From a bacterium (GTDB taxonomy: Bacteria; UBA8248), in NCBI GenBank assembly GCA_965203325.1, contig OZ241875.1:896001-960000 (forward strand): a stretch of DNA of 64,000 bases, in the 5' to 3' direction. Positions 28,276 through 38,215 of the stretch are shown here, in pieces. Positions within the stretch are counted from its first letter, which is position 1, and every line of letters begins with the position of its first letter. Both the position numbers and the translations under genes were made by a program. The notes beneath the pieces were generated by a model. That model worked only from the letters and a program-made list of their open reading frames with translations, was not told the DNA's origin and ran no database searches.

Positions 28276-29791
28276 GGGGCTGTTGAAAAACCCCGTTTTG
28301 AAGCGGGAGGTATGGCGTCTCACGCGGCTTGGGAGAGGGAGCCCAATCGGCGCGTGAGGCCGCGGGGAACGCGCATTCGGCGTCTCAAGGCGGCGCAGGC
28401 TCTCCACAGAGCGAACAAACGCGCCGCAACAGCGGCGGCGAGCCGCTTGAGGTTCACCGCAGCCGCCGTCAGGTAGGCCTGGATCCTTATGTTCGCAAGA
28501 CCCCGGCGCACCGCCCGCGCCAGGCCGTGCCAACTCTTCGCCTCGCCGTGATAGCCTTCGGAGCGACCCATGTGCCGGCGCCACAGCCGACCCTCCTCCT
28601 CCCCACGGCGCGCGTGGCGGCGGCGCGCGCGCAACAGCGCCGGATACTCATGCGGAACCAGCACCGTCCGGCTCGTGCGGGACTTCGACAGACAATCGGC
28701 CCTGAGCGCGCAACCCGCGCAATCGCGCGTCCTCGATACATAGTAGCGACCCCACTCCGTCTCCTTCCGGGGGCGCAGCGTCTGGCCCCCCGGACACTTC
28801 ACCACCTTGTGACGCTCATCGTAGCGGAACAGCTGCAACGGCACCCGGCTCTGGGAAGGTTCTTTCTTCGCCGGTATCACCGCGTCCACCCCCCGACGCT
28901 CCAATGCGCCGTACACCTTCGAGTACGCATAGCCCGAATCCGCCGTCACCACCCCGGGCGCGCGCCCCGTGAGTTCGCAAACCGCATCCAACTGCGGCTC
29001 CATCATCTCCCGCTCGTTCAACGTCCCCTCCGTCACCGCAACGTCGAGGACAACGCCCCGCTCATCGTCCACCACCGCGTGATGCTTGTAGCTCGGCTCG
29101 AACCCCGCCCGAGCGCTCTTGCGCGCCAGGCGAGCGTCGGGGTCCGTTCGGCTCACAGGACCCGAACCCCCGCCGCCGCCCTTCTTCCCGCCCTCATCCT
29201 CCGAGTCGTTCTCCCGCACCACCTTCTCCGCGTGGCGCGCCGCCAGACTCTCCCAGCTCACGTCCGCCCGGATCAACGAAGCGTCCATGTGCACCACCTC
29301 TCCCGTCGCCACCTTCGCCTCCACGCAAGCCTGAACCGTGCGGCGCAATATCTCCTTGAACCGCGCCTCCCCCCAGCGCTGACGGATACGCGTCAGGCTC
29401 GAATGGTCCGGCAACTCCTCGTCCAGCCTGTACCCGATGAACCACCGGATCGCCAGGTGCGCCTGCGCCTCGCGCAACAGACGCCGGTCGTGGGCGTAGC
29501 CCAGCAGCAGGCCCGCCAGCATCAACCGAACCACCACCTCGGGGTCCAGGCCCGGACGGCCATTGTCCGCGCAATAGCACTCCGCCACCTCCTCGCGCAG
29601 CCAGCTCAAATCCAGTACGCGGTCCACCTGCCGCAATATGTGATCTTCGGGAATCAACTTCTCCAGCGGGCCGGCCACGAACAAGTCCATCTGCTCGCGC
29701 CTCTTGCGGTCCAACATCGAGGGAACTCCCATCTCGGGCGAGGGGGGATACATCCATACGATCACAAAACCAGGGGTTTTTCAACAGGCCC
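28276..29791 (-). mobile_element. IS1182-family insertion sequence
   Basis: Inverted repeats gggg/gggcctgttgaaaaacccc around a single transposase ORF; 28269-28294 and 29773-29798 form a 26-bp IR with one mismatch. Exact ends are ambiguous. Confidence 0.9.
28320..29717 (-). CDS. IS1182-family DDE transposase
   Basis: LIPEDH.L, GRP..DP, PDHSSL.R.R.R, HMDAS, S.TDPDA, ADSGY, CP.G..L...C..C.L...C Zn region, EG.HGEAK. Confidence 0.95.
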   Translation of the reverse strand: MLDRKRREQMDLFVAGPLEKLIPEDHILRQVDRVLDLSWLREEVAECYCADNGRPGLDPEVVVRLMLAGLLLGYAHDRRLLREAQAHLAIRWFIGYRLDEELPDHSSLTRIRQRWGEARFKEILRRTVQACVEAKVATGEVVHMDASLIRADVSWESLAARHAEKVVRENDSEDEGGKKGGGGGSGPVSRTDPDARLARKSARAGFEPSYKHHAVVDDERGVVLDVAVTEGTLNEREMMEPQLDAVCELTGRAPGVVTADSGYAYSKVYGALERRGVDAVIPAKKEPSQSRVPLQLFRYDERHKVVKCPGGQTLRPRKETEWGRYYVSRTRDCAGCALRADCLSKSRTSRTVLVPHEYPALLRARRRHARRGEEEGRLWRRHMGRSEGYHGEAKSWHGLARAVRRGLANIRIQAYLTAAAVNLKRLAAAVAARLFALWRACAALRRRMRVPRGLTRRLGSLSQAA

Positions 29792-30133
29792 TTGAGGGTC
29801 GAGCTTCCCGAGGGGAAAGCTCGACGATGAGGTGAGGGTGAAAACCCGAAACCGAATCGGTGGGGGGAGATTTACTCTGTGGCATGTCCCCCCACCAACT
29901 CGCCTGCGGGCTTCGCCCTTGCCTCGTTGACTCCCCCTCAAGGGGGGAGTGAAGTCTCCTCCCTGCTCGGTCGGTTACATAACCCGAATTACAGAATCAG
30001 GTTTTTCAACAACCCCGCCTGGAGGAACGTCCTGCATCCCGGCCCGTGCGATGAATGAAAAATACCGGACGCGCTGGAGACGCACGCCCGCCTTGTCTTA
30101 TAATCATTTCATAAAATCTCGTTTACGTGGAAT

Positions 30134-31090
30134 ATGATCGGGAACCATATACCCACCCACATGAAGTCGTATGGAGAAACTTTCTTGAACCTCGAAAATT
30201 CTCCCACCGTCTGCGTTCTGGGATTCGGCATGGCGGGCAGGCCCATCGCCCGGGGACTGGCGGAGGCCGGGGCGTCGGGGGTGCACGTCTGGAAAAGACC
30301 GCCCTGGCGGCCCGAACACATCGACGCCTCCGATCACCCGGCGATACTCATCACGCAGTCCATGGAAGAGGCGCTCGAAGGCGCGGATTTCGTGCTCTCG
30401 CTCGTCACGCCGGAAAGCGCGCTGGAGGCGGCGCGCAGCGCCTCCCCCTTCATTCGGGACGCCGTATACCTGGATTTGAACACCACGACGCCCGAGGCGA
30501 AGAAAGAAATCGGCCGCGTCATCGAGGCCGGCGGAGGCAGTCCGGTCGACGGGGCGATTTGCGACCCCGCGGAAGTATACGGGCACGAAGTCGTCACCCT
30601 GATCTCGGGTCCCGAAGCCAGGCGCCTGAGCGAGGCCATGGCGCGCTACGGGATGCAGCTTCAGGTGCTGAGCGATCGCGTGGGAGACGCCTCCGCCCTC
30701 AAGGTCGTGCGCAGCGTGTTCACCAAGGGGCTGATGATGACTTTCCTCGAATCCATCGAGGCGGCGAGGCGCTGCGGGCTGGTGGAGGAACTCCTCGAAT
30801 CCATCGCCGGCACCGTGGAGGGCCTTCCGCTCAGGGACCTGGCCCTGAGCCTCGCGGGCACGAGCCTCATCGTCGCCGAAAGGCGCGCACAGGAGATGGA
30901 AGACGTCGTCTCGACGCTCGAATCGCTGGGCGTGGACTCGCACATCAGCGCCGCCTCGCTCGAAAAATTCCGCTGGCTCCAGGGGTTCGATTTCCACGAA
31001 GAACTCGGCGGCGTACCGCCGGAATCGGTCGAAGCCATGCTCCGCGCACTCGCGAAAATTTTCGACGCCTCCCCGAAATCGACAGGTTGA
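30134..31090 (+). CDS. NAD(P)-dependent oxidoreductase (3-hydroxyisobutyrate/6-phosphogluconate dehydrogenase-like)
   Basis: GFGMAG Rossmann motif, YLDLNT, GDASALKVVRSVFTKG, RRAQEM; start uncertain. Confidence 0.8.
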   Translation: MIGNHIPTHMKSYGETFLNLENSPTVCVLGFGMAGRPIARGLAEAGASGVHVWKRPPWRPEHIDASDHPAILITQSMEEALEGADFVLSLVTPESALEAARSASPFIRDAVYLDLNTTTPEAKKEIGRVIEAGGGSPVDGAICDPAEVYGHEVVTLISGPEARRLSEAMARYGMQLQVLSDRVGDASALKVVRSVFTKGLMMTFLESIEAARRCGLVEELLESIAGTVEGLPLRDLALSLAGTSLIVAERRAQEMEDVVSTLESLGVDSHISAASLEKFRWLQGFDFHEELGGVPPESVEAMLRALAKIFDASPKSTG

Positions 31091-31288
31091 AAAAACCCGC
31101 CTTCAGGTAAAAAGAATCTTGATTTTGTGCTTCTATACCCTTGATTTTCGGGAGCGGCATCTGCTAGCATCGCTCTGCGCTTGGGGGTATCCAGGCTGAC
31201 ATAATTCTCAGAAAAATGAATCGCCAGGGAGCCCGTTCCCTCGGGATTCGAATCGCAAGAATAATCATTTTTCGAGGAGGGATTATCC

Positions 31289-31600
31289 ATGACATTTGTA
31301 ATCGGGGAAAAATGCCTGGGCGAGCGCTATGCGACGTGCGTGAGCGTCTGTCCCGTAGATTGTATGCACCCCGGTGAATACAAAGGGGAGCCCTTCCTGA
31401 TCATCGACCCCGAGGAGTGCATCGACTGCGGCGTCTGCCAGCCGGAATGCCCCATTGACGCCATTCTGGAGAGCGAAGACGACGACCCCGTATGGGCGGA
31501 AATCAACGCGGAACTCACCGAGGAATTCAAGAACAACGAGCCGGTCGAGCCGCGCCCGGCGAACGACCCGCCGCGCAGGTCGGACAACGTGCTGCGCTAG
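31289..31600 (+). CDS. ferredoxin (FdxA/7Fe-type)
   Basis: RBS gaggag; CVSVCPVDC and CIDCGVCQPECP motifs. Confidence 0.9.
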   Translation: MTFVIGEKCLGERYATCVSVCPVDCMHPGEYKGEPFLIIDPEECIDCGVCQPECPIDAILESEDDDPVWAEINAELTEEFKNNEPVEPRPANDPPRRSDNVLR

Positions 31601-31617
31601 CTCCATCCTGCTGATTC

Positions 31618-31652
31618 AAACACCGCGGTCATCGGGCCGCGGTGTTTTTTAT
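31618..31652 (+). terminator. intrinsic terminator after ferredoxin
   Basis: caccgcggtc-atcg-ggccgcggtg followed by tttttt. Confidence 0.75.
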
Positions 31653-31713
31653 TTACGCCGAAGCGCGTTTTCATTCTTCCCGCCGCATGAAAACGCGGAT
31701 TTCCGAGGGAACC

Positions 31714-32694
31714 ATGGTTTTACGTCCACCCGCAAAAGACGGCCCGCTCATCGCGGTCGCCGGAACGCGCTTCGGGCCCCCCACGGTCGAGGAGGAAATA
31801 CTCTCGCCTCTGGGTTCCCGCCTGCGTCTGGGCATGGGAGCGGACGCTGAATCCCTGGTTGAACTCTGCGCGGAGGCGGAAGGCGTCATCATCGGCTCGA
31901 TTCCCGCCTTCACCGCAGAGGTCATCGCTCGGCTAAAGCATTGTAAAATTCTCGCGCGCGGCGGCGTGGGCGTGGACAACGTCGACCTCGAAGCCGCAAG
32001 AGCGAAGGGCATTCCGGTCACCTCCGTACCCGATTACTGCGTCGATGAGGTATCGGATCACGCCATGGCGCTCATCCTCTACTTCGCCAGAAAACTCGAG
32101 GGTGGAATAACGGAAGTGAAAAAAGGCGGCTGGGGCATCGCCGCGCTCCGGCCCATCGCCCCGCTTCGGGGCGCGACGCTGGGCGTGGTGGGAATCGGGA
32201 GGATCGGCGCGGCTCTCGCCGGAAAAGCGCGCGCCTTCGGCATGCGGATCATCGCGCACGATCCTTTCGCGTCAGAATCCGCTTTCGAGAAGCTGGAAGC
32301 CGAGAACGCCGCGCTCTCACGTATTTGGGAGGAATCCGACTATATCTCACTCCACGCGCCCTTGACATCCGATACGAGGCGCATTGTGAACGCCGAAGCG
32401 CTCGATCGCATGAAGAAAGACGCCGTCTTGATCAACGTGGCGCGCGGCGAACTCGTGGACGAGAATGCGCTGGCCGATGCCTTAAAGAGAAACGCCATCC
32501 GCGGCGCGGGCCTCGACGTGTTGGAAGTTGAACCCCCGCGTCCGAATCACCCGCTGCTCGCCCTTCCCAACTGCCGCGTCACGCCGCACAGCGCGTGGTA
32601 CAGCACGGCGGCTCTCGAGGACATGCGGCGAAAGGCGGCGACAGACGTGTTGCGCGTCCTGCGGGGAGAGGAGCCGCGCTATCCTGTGAAATGA
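31714..32694 (+). CDS. D-isomer-specific 2-hydroxyacid dehydrogenase (CtBP-like)
   Basis: GVGVDNVD, VPDYC, GIGRIG, HAPLT, INVARG, LDV..EP, TPHSAW. Confidence 0.9.
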   Translation: MVLRPPAKDGPLIAVAGTRFGPPTVEEEILSPLGSRLRLGMGADAESLVELCAEAEGVIIGSIPAFTAEVIARLKHCKILARGGVGVDNVDLEAARAKGIPVTSVPDYCVDEVSDHAMALILYFARKLEGGITEVKKGGWGIAALRPIAPLRGATLGVVGIGRIGAALAGKARAFGMRIIAHDPFASESAFEKLEAENAALSRIWEESDYISLHAPLTSDTRRIVNAEALDRMKKDAVLINVARGELVDENALADALKRNAIRGAGLDVLEVEPPRPNHPLLALPNCRVTPHSAWYSTAALEDMRRKAATDVLRVLRGEEPRYPVK

Positions 32695-32720
32695 TTGTCC
32701 TTCGGGGGTAGCCTGCCGCG

Positions 32721-33569
32721 TTATTTTTCAATCGGAAAACCGACGATGCTCCCCCACTCCGTCCAGGAGCCGTCGTAAATCTTCACATCTTCATAGCCGA
32801 GCAGATACCGCATGGCGAACCAGACCAGACTGGCCCGGTGGCTGAGGCGTCAGTAGAGGACGAGTTCTATCCCGTCATCGGCCGCTGCGCCCGCGCCGCC
32901 GAGAATCCGGGCAAGCTCCTCCTTGTCTTTATAGGTGTCGTCCTCATTCAGCAGTTCCCGGAAGAACAGGTGCGCGGCCCCCGGAATGCGCCCTGCGCGC
33001 TCGGCCCCGTGGTCGAAGCCGGGCGGGGGCATCACACGCTCGCCCCTGTATTCCTCGGGCGAGCGCACGTCGAGCAGCACCCTGCCCGGCGCGCCCAGCT
33101 TCTCTCGAATATCGTCCCTGCCCACGCTCAAGACCTCGCCCCCATCCGGAGCGGGGTGAGAGACAGGCCCGGCGTCAGGAACGTCAGTCGAAACAGGCAT
33201 ACCGTCGGCAAGCCACTTCTTCTTCGAGCCGTCGAGCAGCTTCAGATTCGTGAAACCCGCCATCTTGAGGACCCAGAACGCGTAGGTTCCGAACTGCACC
33301 GGCTCGCCGTACAGGACGATTTCATCATCCGGCCCGACGCCCATCCCGCCCAGACGTTCGGCCAGGGCCTCGGAGGTTGCGAACGCGCGGTCCGTCTCGT
33401 GCCAGAGCGCCCCTTTCCAGAACCACCAGTGCGCGCCCGGCACGTGGGCTTCGCGGTAGGAGGCGTCGTCGCCTGCGGAGGACACCTCGATGACGTGAAG
33501 ATTCGGATTTCCCAGGTTTTCTGAGAGCCACGCCCCCGAAACGAGCGTGGCGCCATCGGTTTGCGTCAT
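32721..33569 (-). CDS. two-domain sulfurtransferase (rhodanese), probable selenoprotein (Sec at TGA 32850-32852)
   Basis: Reading through TGA gives [16 protein letters not shown]...YDGSWTEWG...PIEK* (TAA 32721-32723), completing the rhodanese C-terminal signature; U sits at the catalytic Cys position. Confidence 0.85.
32819..32839 (-). promoter_or_regulatory. bacterial SECIS-like hairpin
   Basis: accgggcc-agtct-ggtctggt: 8-bp stem (two G-U pairs) with a G-containing loop, 10 nt after the UGA. Confidence 0.65.
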
Positions 33570-33607
33570 ATCTCTATACCCTCATGATGAGAAAATAATC
33601 CGGTAAA

Positions 33608-35032
33608 TCACCCGCCGACCATGGCCGGCTTCTTCCGCCGGATGTCCGGCGTGGCTTCCTCGAACGCATGGGACGCCTGCAGCACGCGCGCTTCCTCCCA
33701 GGGCGGCCCCACGATCTGGATCGATACCGGCAGGCCGTCTTCGCTGAAGCCCGAAGGCGCCGCCATGGTCGGGAAACCGAAGAGGTTGTAGGGGCCGGTC
33801 TGCGGTCTGCCGAGGCCCGTGAAGAGATGCTCCTTCCCGTTCACCGTGCCCATTATCGTCGCAACGGGCCCCGCGGGACAGGGATAGCCGGGCGCCAGGA
33901 GTATATCGATCTCATCGAACACCTTCGCCATCTCGCGGGTGAGCGTGCGCCGTTCTCTCATGGCGTGCATGTATTCTTCCAGCGTCACGCGGCTCGAAAT
34001 TTCCAGGCGCTCGCGGACGTCGTCGCCGAATTTTTCCGGATGCGTCGCGAGCCGCTCGCGGTGAACCGCCGCCAGTTCGGCGCTGGCGATGATGCGGCGC
34101 ACATCCCTCATTCTATCCGCGTTCGGATAACGCACCTCTACGACCACGCCGCCCAGAGCCTTCATGGTCTCTATCGCATTCTCGAAGCCTTTCTGCACCG
34201 AAGCGTCGTTTTCCGGGAGATAGAGGTCCTCACAGACCCCGAAGCGCATCCCCTCGACGCCCGCACCTATCAGGGCGCAGAAATCGGGCGTCTCGCGGTC
34301 TTTGGAGCCTGCGTCCGCCGGGTCGTAGCCCGCCATGGCCTGCAGCATGATGCCGCAGTCGCGCGCCGTCCTGGCGAGCGGGCCGGCGTGGTCGAGAGTC
34401 GGGGAGTTCGGAAAAATGCCGCGAAGGCTCACGCGTCCGTAGGTGGGTTTCAGGCCCATCGTGCCGCATGCGCTCGCGGGTCCCCGGATAGAGCCGCCCG
34501 TATCGGTTCCCACCGCGCCGGGACACATATAGGCCGCCACCGCAGCGCCCGAGCCGCCGCTCGAGCCGCCCGATACCCGCTCGGGATTCCAGGGGTTGCG
34601 CGCAGGGCCGTAGTGGGGGTTCACCGTGGTGGAACCCGCCGCGAACTCGTGCGTGTTGCATTTGCCGACGACGACGGCGCCCGCTTCTTTCAGCTTTCTC
34701 ACGCACTCGGCATCCGCCGCCGGCACGTTATCCGGGAAGAAACTCGACCCCTGCGTGGTGAGGACGCCGGCGGTATCGATGATGTCCTTGATGCCGACCG
34801 GCACGCCGTGCAGAGGGCCGCGGTAGCGGCCGCCCTGAATCTCACTTTCCGCCTTTGCCGCGTCCTCGCGGGCTTCGTCCGCGCACACGGTGATGAACGC
34901 GTTGAGTTCGGGATCCAGGGTCTCGATTTGCCGCAGATGCGCGTCCACCACCTCGCGCGGTGAGACCTCTTTGCGCTCGATACGCCCGGCGAGTTCATAT
35001 ATTGAGAGAAAATTCAGTCCATCGGCGCTCAT
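33608..35032 (-). CDS. amidase-signature family protein
   Basis: GPLHGVP..IKD, GGSSGGS, GTDTGGSIR. Confidence 0.95.
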   Translation of the reverse strand: MSADGLNFLSIYELAGRIERKEVSPREVVDAHLRQIETLDPELNAFITVCADEAREDAAKAESEIQGGRYRGPLHGVPVGIKDIIDTAGVLTTQGSSFFPDNVPAADAECVRKLKEAGAVVVGKCNTHEFAAGSTTVNPHYGPARNPWNPERVSGGSSGGSGAAVAAYMCPGAVGTDTGGSIRGPASACGTMGLKPTYGRVSLRGIFPNSPTLDHAGPLARTARDCGIMLQAMAGYDPADAGSKDRETPDFCALIGAGVEGMRFGVCEDLYLPENDASVQKGFENAIETMKALGGVVVEVRYPNADRMRDVRRIIASAELAAVHRERLATHPEKFGDDVRERLEISSRVTLEEYMHAMRERRTLTREMAKVFDEIDILLAPGYPCPAGPVATIMGTVNGKEHLFTGLGRPQTGPYNLFGFPTMAAPSGFSEDGLPVSIQIVGPPWEEARVLQASHAFEEATPDIRRKKPAMVGG

Positions 35033-35229
35033 TTCGACCTCCATTCCACCTGTGTGAATTTCATATCGCTGCTATCGAGTTGATGAAACGCCACCTTACC
35101 ACGACGAGGCTAACCGCGCCTTCACCACAAGAGTTTCCTTCTTATGTCAAACGCGCGCTGCGGAATCACTACTCTTGAGAGTCAAAGCCGACAGAAGAGG
35201 GGAAGTTTACCAACCGAGAAAGCACGTTT

Positions 35230-35648
35230 GTAGGGACAACCCTCCGTGGTTGTCCTCCACCAGGACAGGCACGGAGGCCTGTCCCTACGGGTCATTGAGG
35301 CAACATGGGAAAATTGTGGCTTTCGATGCAGGGACAGGTCGCGACCTGTCCCTACCATTTATCCAGCCAACAATTCGCGAATCGTCTCTGCAGAAAAGGA
35401 GCAACCCCCCCTACCCCCCTTGACAGGGGGGCAAGAAAAAACAAAAGCCCCTCTGCCGGCGGTGGGCATCGCCTTTTTATACCCCCATACAAGGGGGCCT
35501 TCTTTTTTTACCCCCCTGTCAAGGGGGGTAGGGGGGGTTGATTTTCCAGTCAAAAGGGCTGACCCCGCACGCATCAGCCGTCGCATAAATCGCTCGGCCT
35601 CATCGTCCGGCTTTCCCCTCGGGAAGCCCGACCCATCAAGGGAGGAGT
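35230..35648. repeat. REP cluster: GTAG-type REPs (35230-35288, 35328-35355), type-2 hairpin (35402-35540), type-3 fragment
   Basis: gtagggacaacc...ggttgtcct...cctgtccctac; gcagggacaggtcgcgacctgtccctac; G/C-tract arms as at 329-440. Confidence 0.8.
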
Positions 35649-35843
35649 ATTTCGACCTTCTAGCTCGCCTGGAATAATTCCTCTCTCCAATCGGAACAAC
35701 CGCTCCTCTCTCTTGGTGAGCCACTTGGCGGAAACACGCCGATTTGCTATGGATGTTTCCCTGTAGACGACGTGAAAAAGATTGCCCGCGCCTGTCGGGC
35801 GGAACGGTCGGCGGGGCGGCATCACCGCATGAGGTAAGTTTTC

Positions 35844-36995
35844 TTGAACGGCGATACTTACGACGCCCTGGTGGTCGGCGGGGGCATCAACGGGCTCTCG
35901 GCCCTTTATCATCTGAAGCGCCTGGGCGCTGCGCGCGTCGGGCTGGTGGAGCGTTTCGAGATCGGCCACGACAGGGGCAGTTCGCACGGCGCCGCCCGCG
36001 TCACGAGAAGCGCCTATGTCGCCCCCGAATACGTCCGCCTCATGCAGTGGGTGCATAAAGAAGAGTGGCCCAGGCTCGAAAAGGACACCGGCAAAAAACT
36101 CGTCTATTCCAATCCCGGGATATACACCGGGCCGCCGTGCGAGCGTTACCATTCCTACGTCCACGCGGTGGCGCAAGAGGGCGTGGACGTGGAACTCCTC
36201 ACCGCGGACGAGGCGCGCGGGCGGTTCCCCCAGTTCACCTTCGAGGACGCCGAGAGCGCCCTGCTCGACAAGACGGGGGGTTTCATATCCTCGATAGAGG
36301 CCATCGAATCGCTCGCCGCGCTGGCCCACGAGAGCGGGGCGCAAATCCATGAGAACACAGTCGTCCACGGATTCGACCCCTCGACCGACCCCGTAAAGGT
36401 CGAAACCAGCGCGGGAACCTTGGTGACCGAGCGCCTCGTCGTGGCGGCGGGCGCGTGGGCGAAGGATTTACTCCCGTTCATTCGGCCCAAGCTCAACATC
36501 GCCCGCCAGACGGTCGGGTACTTCACGCCCGAAGACGACCCGGACGCCTACCGGCCCGGCCGTTTCCCGGTCTGGGCCTACAGGGAGCAGGACGAGAACA
36601 ACCTGTTCTACGGAATGCCCGAATTCGGGCGCGCGGGCGTCAAGGTGGGCCGGCATCTGAGAGTCGGGGTGGATGACGACCCGGACAACCCGCCCGACGA
36701 GATCGACCAGGAGAAAATCGCCGACGTGAAGCGCTTCATGGCGCGCTTTTTCACTTGTAAGAACTGGACGCTCTCGGGCGCGGAGCACTGCCTCTACACC
36801 AACGCGCCGAATGAGGATTTCATCATCGACCTGCATCCCGAGAACCCGCGCATCGCGTTCGGGGCCGGCTTCTCGGGCCACGGATTCAAGTTCGGTCCGC
36901 TCACCGGAAGGCTTCTGGCCGAACTCGCATGGGAAGGAAAAACGTCCATACCCGATGCCGAACTGGCGAGGCGCCTTTTTTCACTCGAGAAATAA
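35844..36995 (+). CDS. monomeric sarcosine oxidase / N-methyltryptophan oxidase family flavoprotein
   Basis: TTG start with RBS gagg; GGGING, GSSHG..R..R, CLYT, GFSGHGFKF. Confidence 0.9.
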   Translation: MNGDTYDALVVGGGINGLSALYHLKRLGAARVGLVERFEIGHDRGSSHGAARVTRSAYVAPEYVRLMQWVHKEEWPRLEKDTGKKLVYSNPGIYTGPPCERYHSYVHAVAQEGVDVELLTADEARGRFPQFTFEDAESALLDKTGGFISSIEAIESLAALAHESGAQIHENTVVHGFDPSTDPVKVETSAGTLVTERLVVAAGAWAKDLLPFIRPKLNIARQTVGYFTPEDDPDAYRPGRFPVWAYREQDENNLFYGMPEFGRAGVKVGRHLRVGVDDDPDNPPDEIDQEKIADVKRFMARFFTCKNWTLSGAEHCLYTNAPNEDFIIDLHPENPRIAFGAGFSGHGFKFGPLTGRLLAELAWEGKTSIPDAELARRLFSLEK

Positions 36996-37390
36996 GGCTT
37001 TATCTCTCCTGATGAGGGTCCGCGTCCCTCCTGAGGCGTCGGGTATGGACCCCCTCAAAGCGAGCGCAGAAAGGCGAGCAGCGCCGCACTCCAAGTACGT
37101 CAGAATAGTCGACTCACACCCGTAAAATTTGATTTTTTCGATTTTTCTTCTTGACAAAATGCGAGTTTTGCCAGATAGTTAACTAATATTTAACTTTATT
37201 AAATTTATTTAACACCATGTGCAGGAGTTACTCACCATAAACTGTCAAACATTCATTTAACGCAAATTTTGGAAAGGGAAGATTGAGAGTTACATGAAAC
37301 AAGCACTGCCCCGCTGCCCCATTGCCGCCTGATTACCCCCACGATTCGGCGGCGGATGCGGGTGGCGGGGCGGCGGCTTTTCCGAAAGCC

Positions 37391-38215
37391 TTATGACGCC
37401 CCTTGCTCTATAAGCGCCCTCAGATTCTCCGCCGCCAGCCGCGCCGCCGTGCGGATGTCGGGCTTTGAGACGATCTGGCAGGTCAGCCAGCCGCCGTACC
37501 CTATCGAGCGCAGCGCCCCGATCACCTCGTCGAAGGGAATGTGCCCGCCGCCGGGGTAGAGGCGGTTGTTCTCGGCGATGTGCATGTGGCCCAGAAGCTC
37601 TCCCGATTCAACGATGGGGTCTGTGAACGACGCCTCATCCGCGTTCATGTGGTAGGTGTCGAGCATGAGAACCAGGGCCTCGTGACCGAGTTCCCGGCAA
37701 AGGGCGGCGCCCTCGGCCGCCGTGGTCACGTTGTTGATCCAGTGGCTGCACAGGGGCTCGAGATAGAGTCTGGCCCCCCGCGCCGCGGCCTCATCCGCAA
37801 GACCGAGGAGCGCATCGCGCATCCAGCCGAGAGAATCCTCGCGGCGCTCATCCTCGCAGAGATTCCCGCGTGAGGAACCGATCACCATGCCGCACCCGAA
37901 CCTCTGCGCCATATCAAGCGCATCCAGGTGGCGGCGGTAGGACACCGCCCTGATCTCGGGCACGGGGTGGCACAGCCATATCCTGTCCTGAAAGCCCATG
38001 GCCGCCGTGTGGATCATCGAAACCGAGAGGCCCCGGCTATTGATCTGCTTCTCTATATCGTCCAAATCGAGTTCAGCGGGCTTTCGCACCGAAAGCTCCA
38101 CGCCGCAGAATCCCGCCTCGGCGATGCAGTCGAGGTTTTCCTCAAGGGTCCCCTGCGCGCTGGGGAGGTTGGGGGTGGAGATATCCGGCGTAGCGATCTG
38201 ATAGCTGAGCTTCAC
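37391..38215 (-). CDS. sugar phosphate isomerase/epimerase (TIM barrel)
   Basis: GFCGVEL, LEPL, DTYHM, HIAENNR..PG.G. Confidence 0.85.
   Translation of the reverse strand: MKLSYQIATPDISTPNLPSAQGTLEENLDCIAEAGFCGVELSVRKPAELDLDDIEKQINSRGLSVSMIHTAAMGFQDRIWLCHPVPEIRAVSYRRHLDALDMAQRFGCGMVIGSSRGNLCEDERREDSLGWMRDALLGLADEAAARGARLYLEPLCSHWINNVTTAAEGAALCRELGHEALVLMLDTYHMNADEASFTDPIVESGELLGHMHIAENNRLYPGGGHIPFDEVIGALRSIGYGGWLTCQIVSKPDIRTAARLAAENLRALIEQGAS

Larger units (their letters stand above)
28055..30016. mobile_element. outer MITE-like shell enclosing two type-3 REPIN-like units and the IS1182 element
   Basis: Outer ends ggggcctgttggaaaag (28055) / gtttttcaacaacccc (30016); units actcccccc-ttgagggg...ccctcaagggg at 28124-28279 and 29790-29950. 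Confidence 0.6.

Noticed and set aside
28329..29795. 488-aa plus-strand ORF within the IS
   Set aside because: Antisense shadow of the transposase; no motifs.
30104..30133. catttcataaaatctcgtttacgtggaat as a possible dif site
   Set aside because: Only a partial match to the XerD arm, and the spacing and XerC arm do not fit.
37120..37300. AT-rich patch as oriC
   Set aside because: No DnaA boxes seen and no dnaA/gidA/parAB context; kept only as an sRNA candidate.
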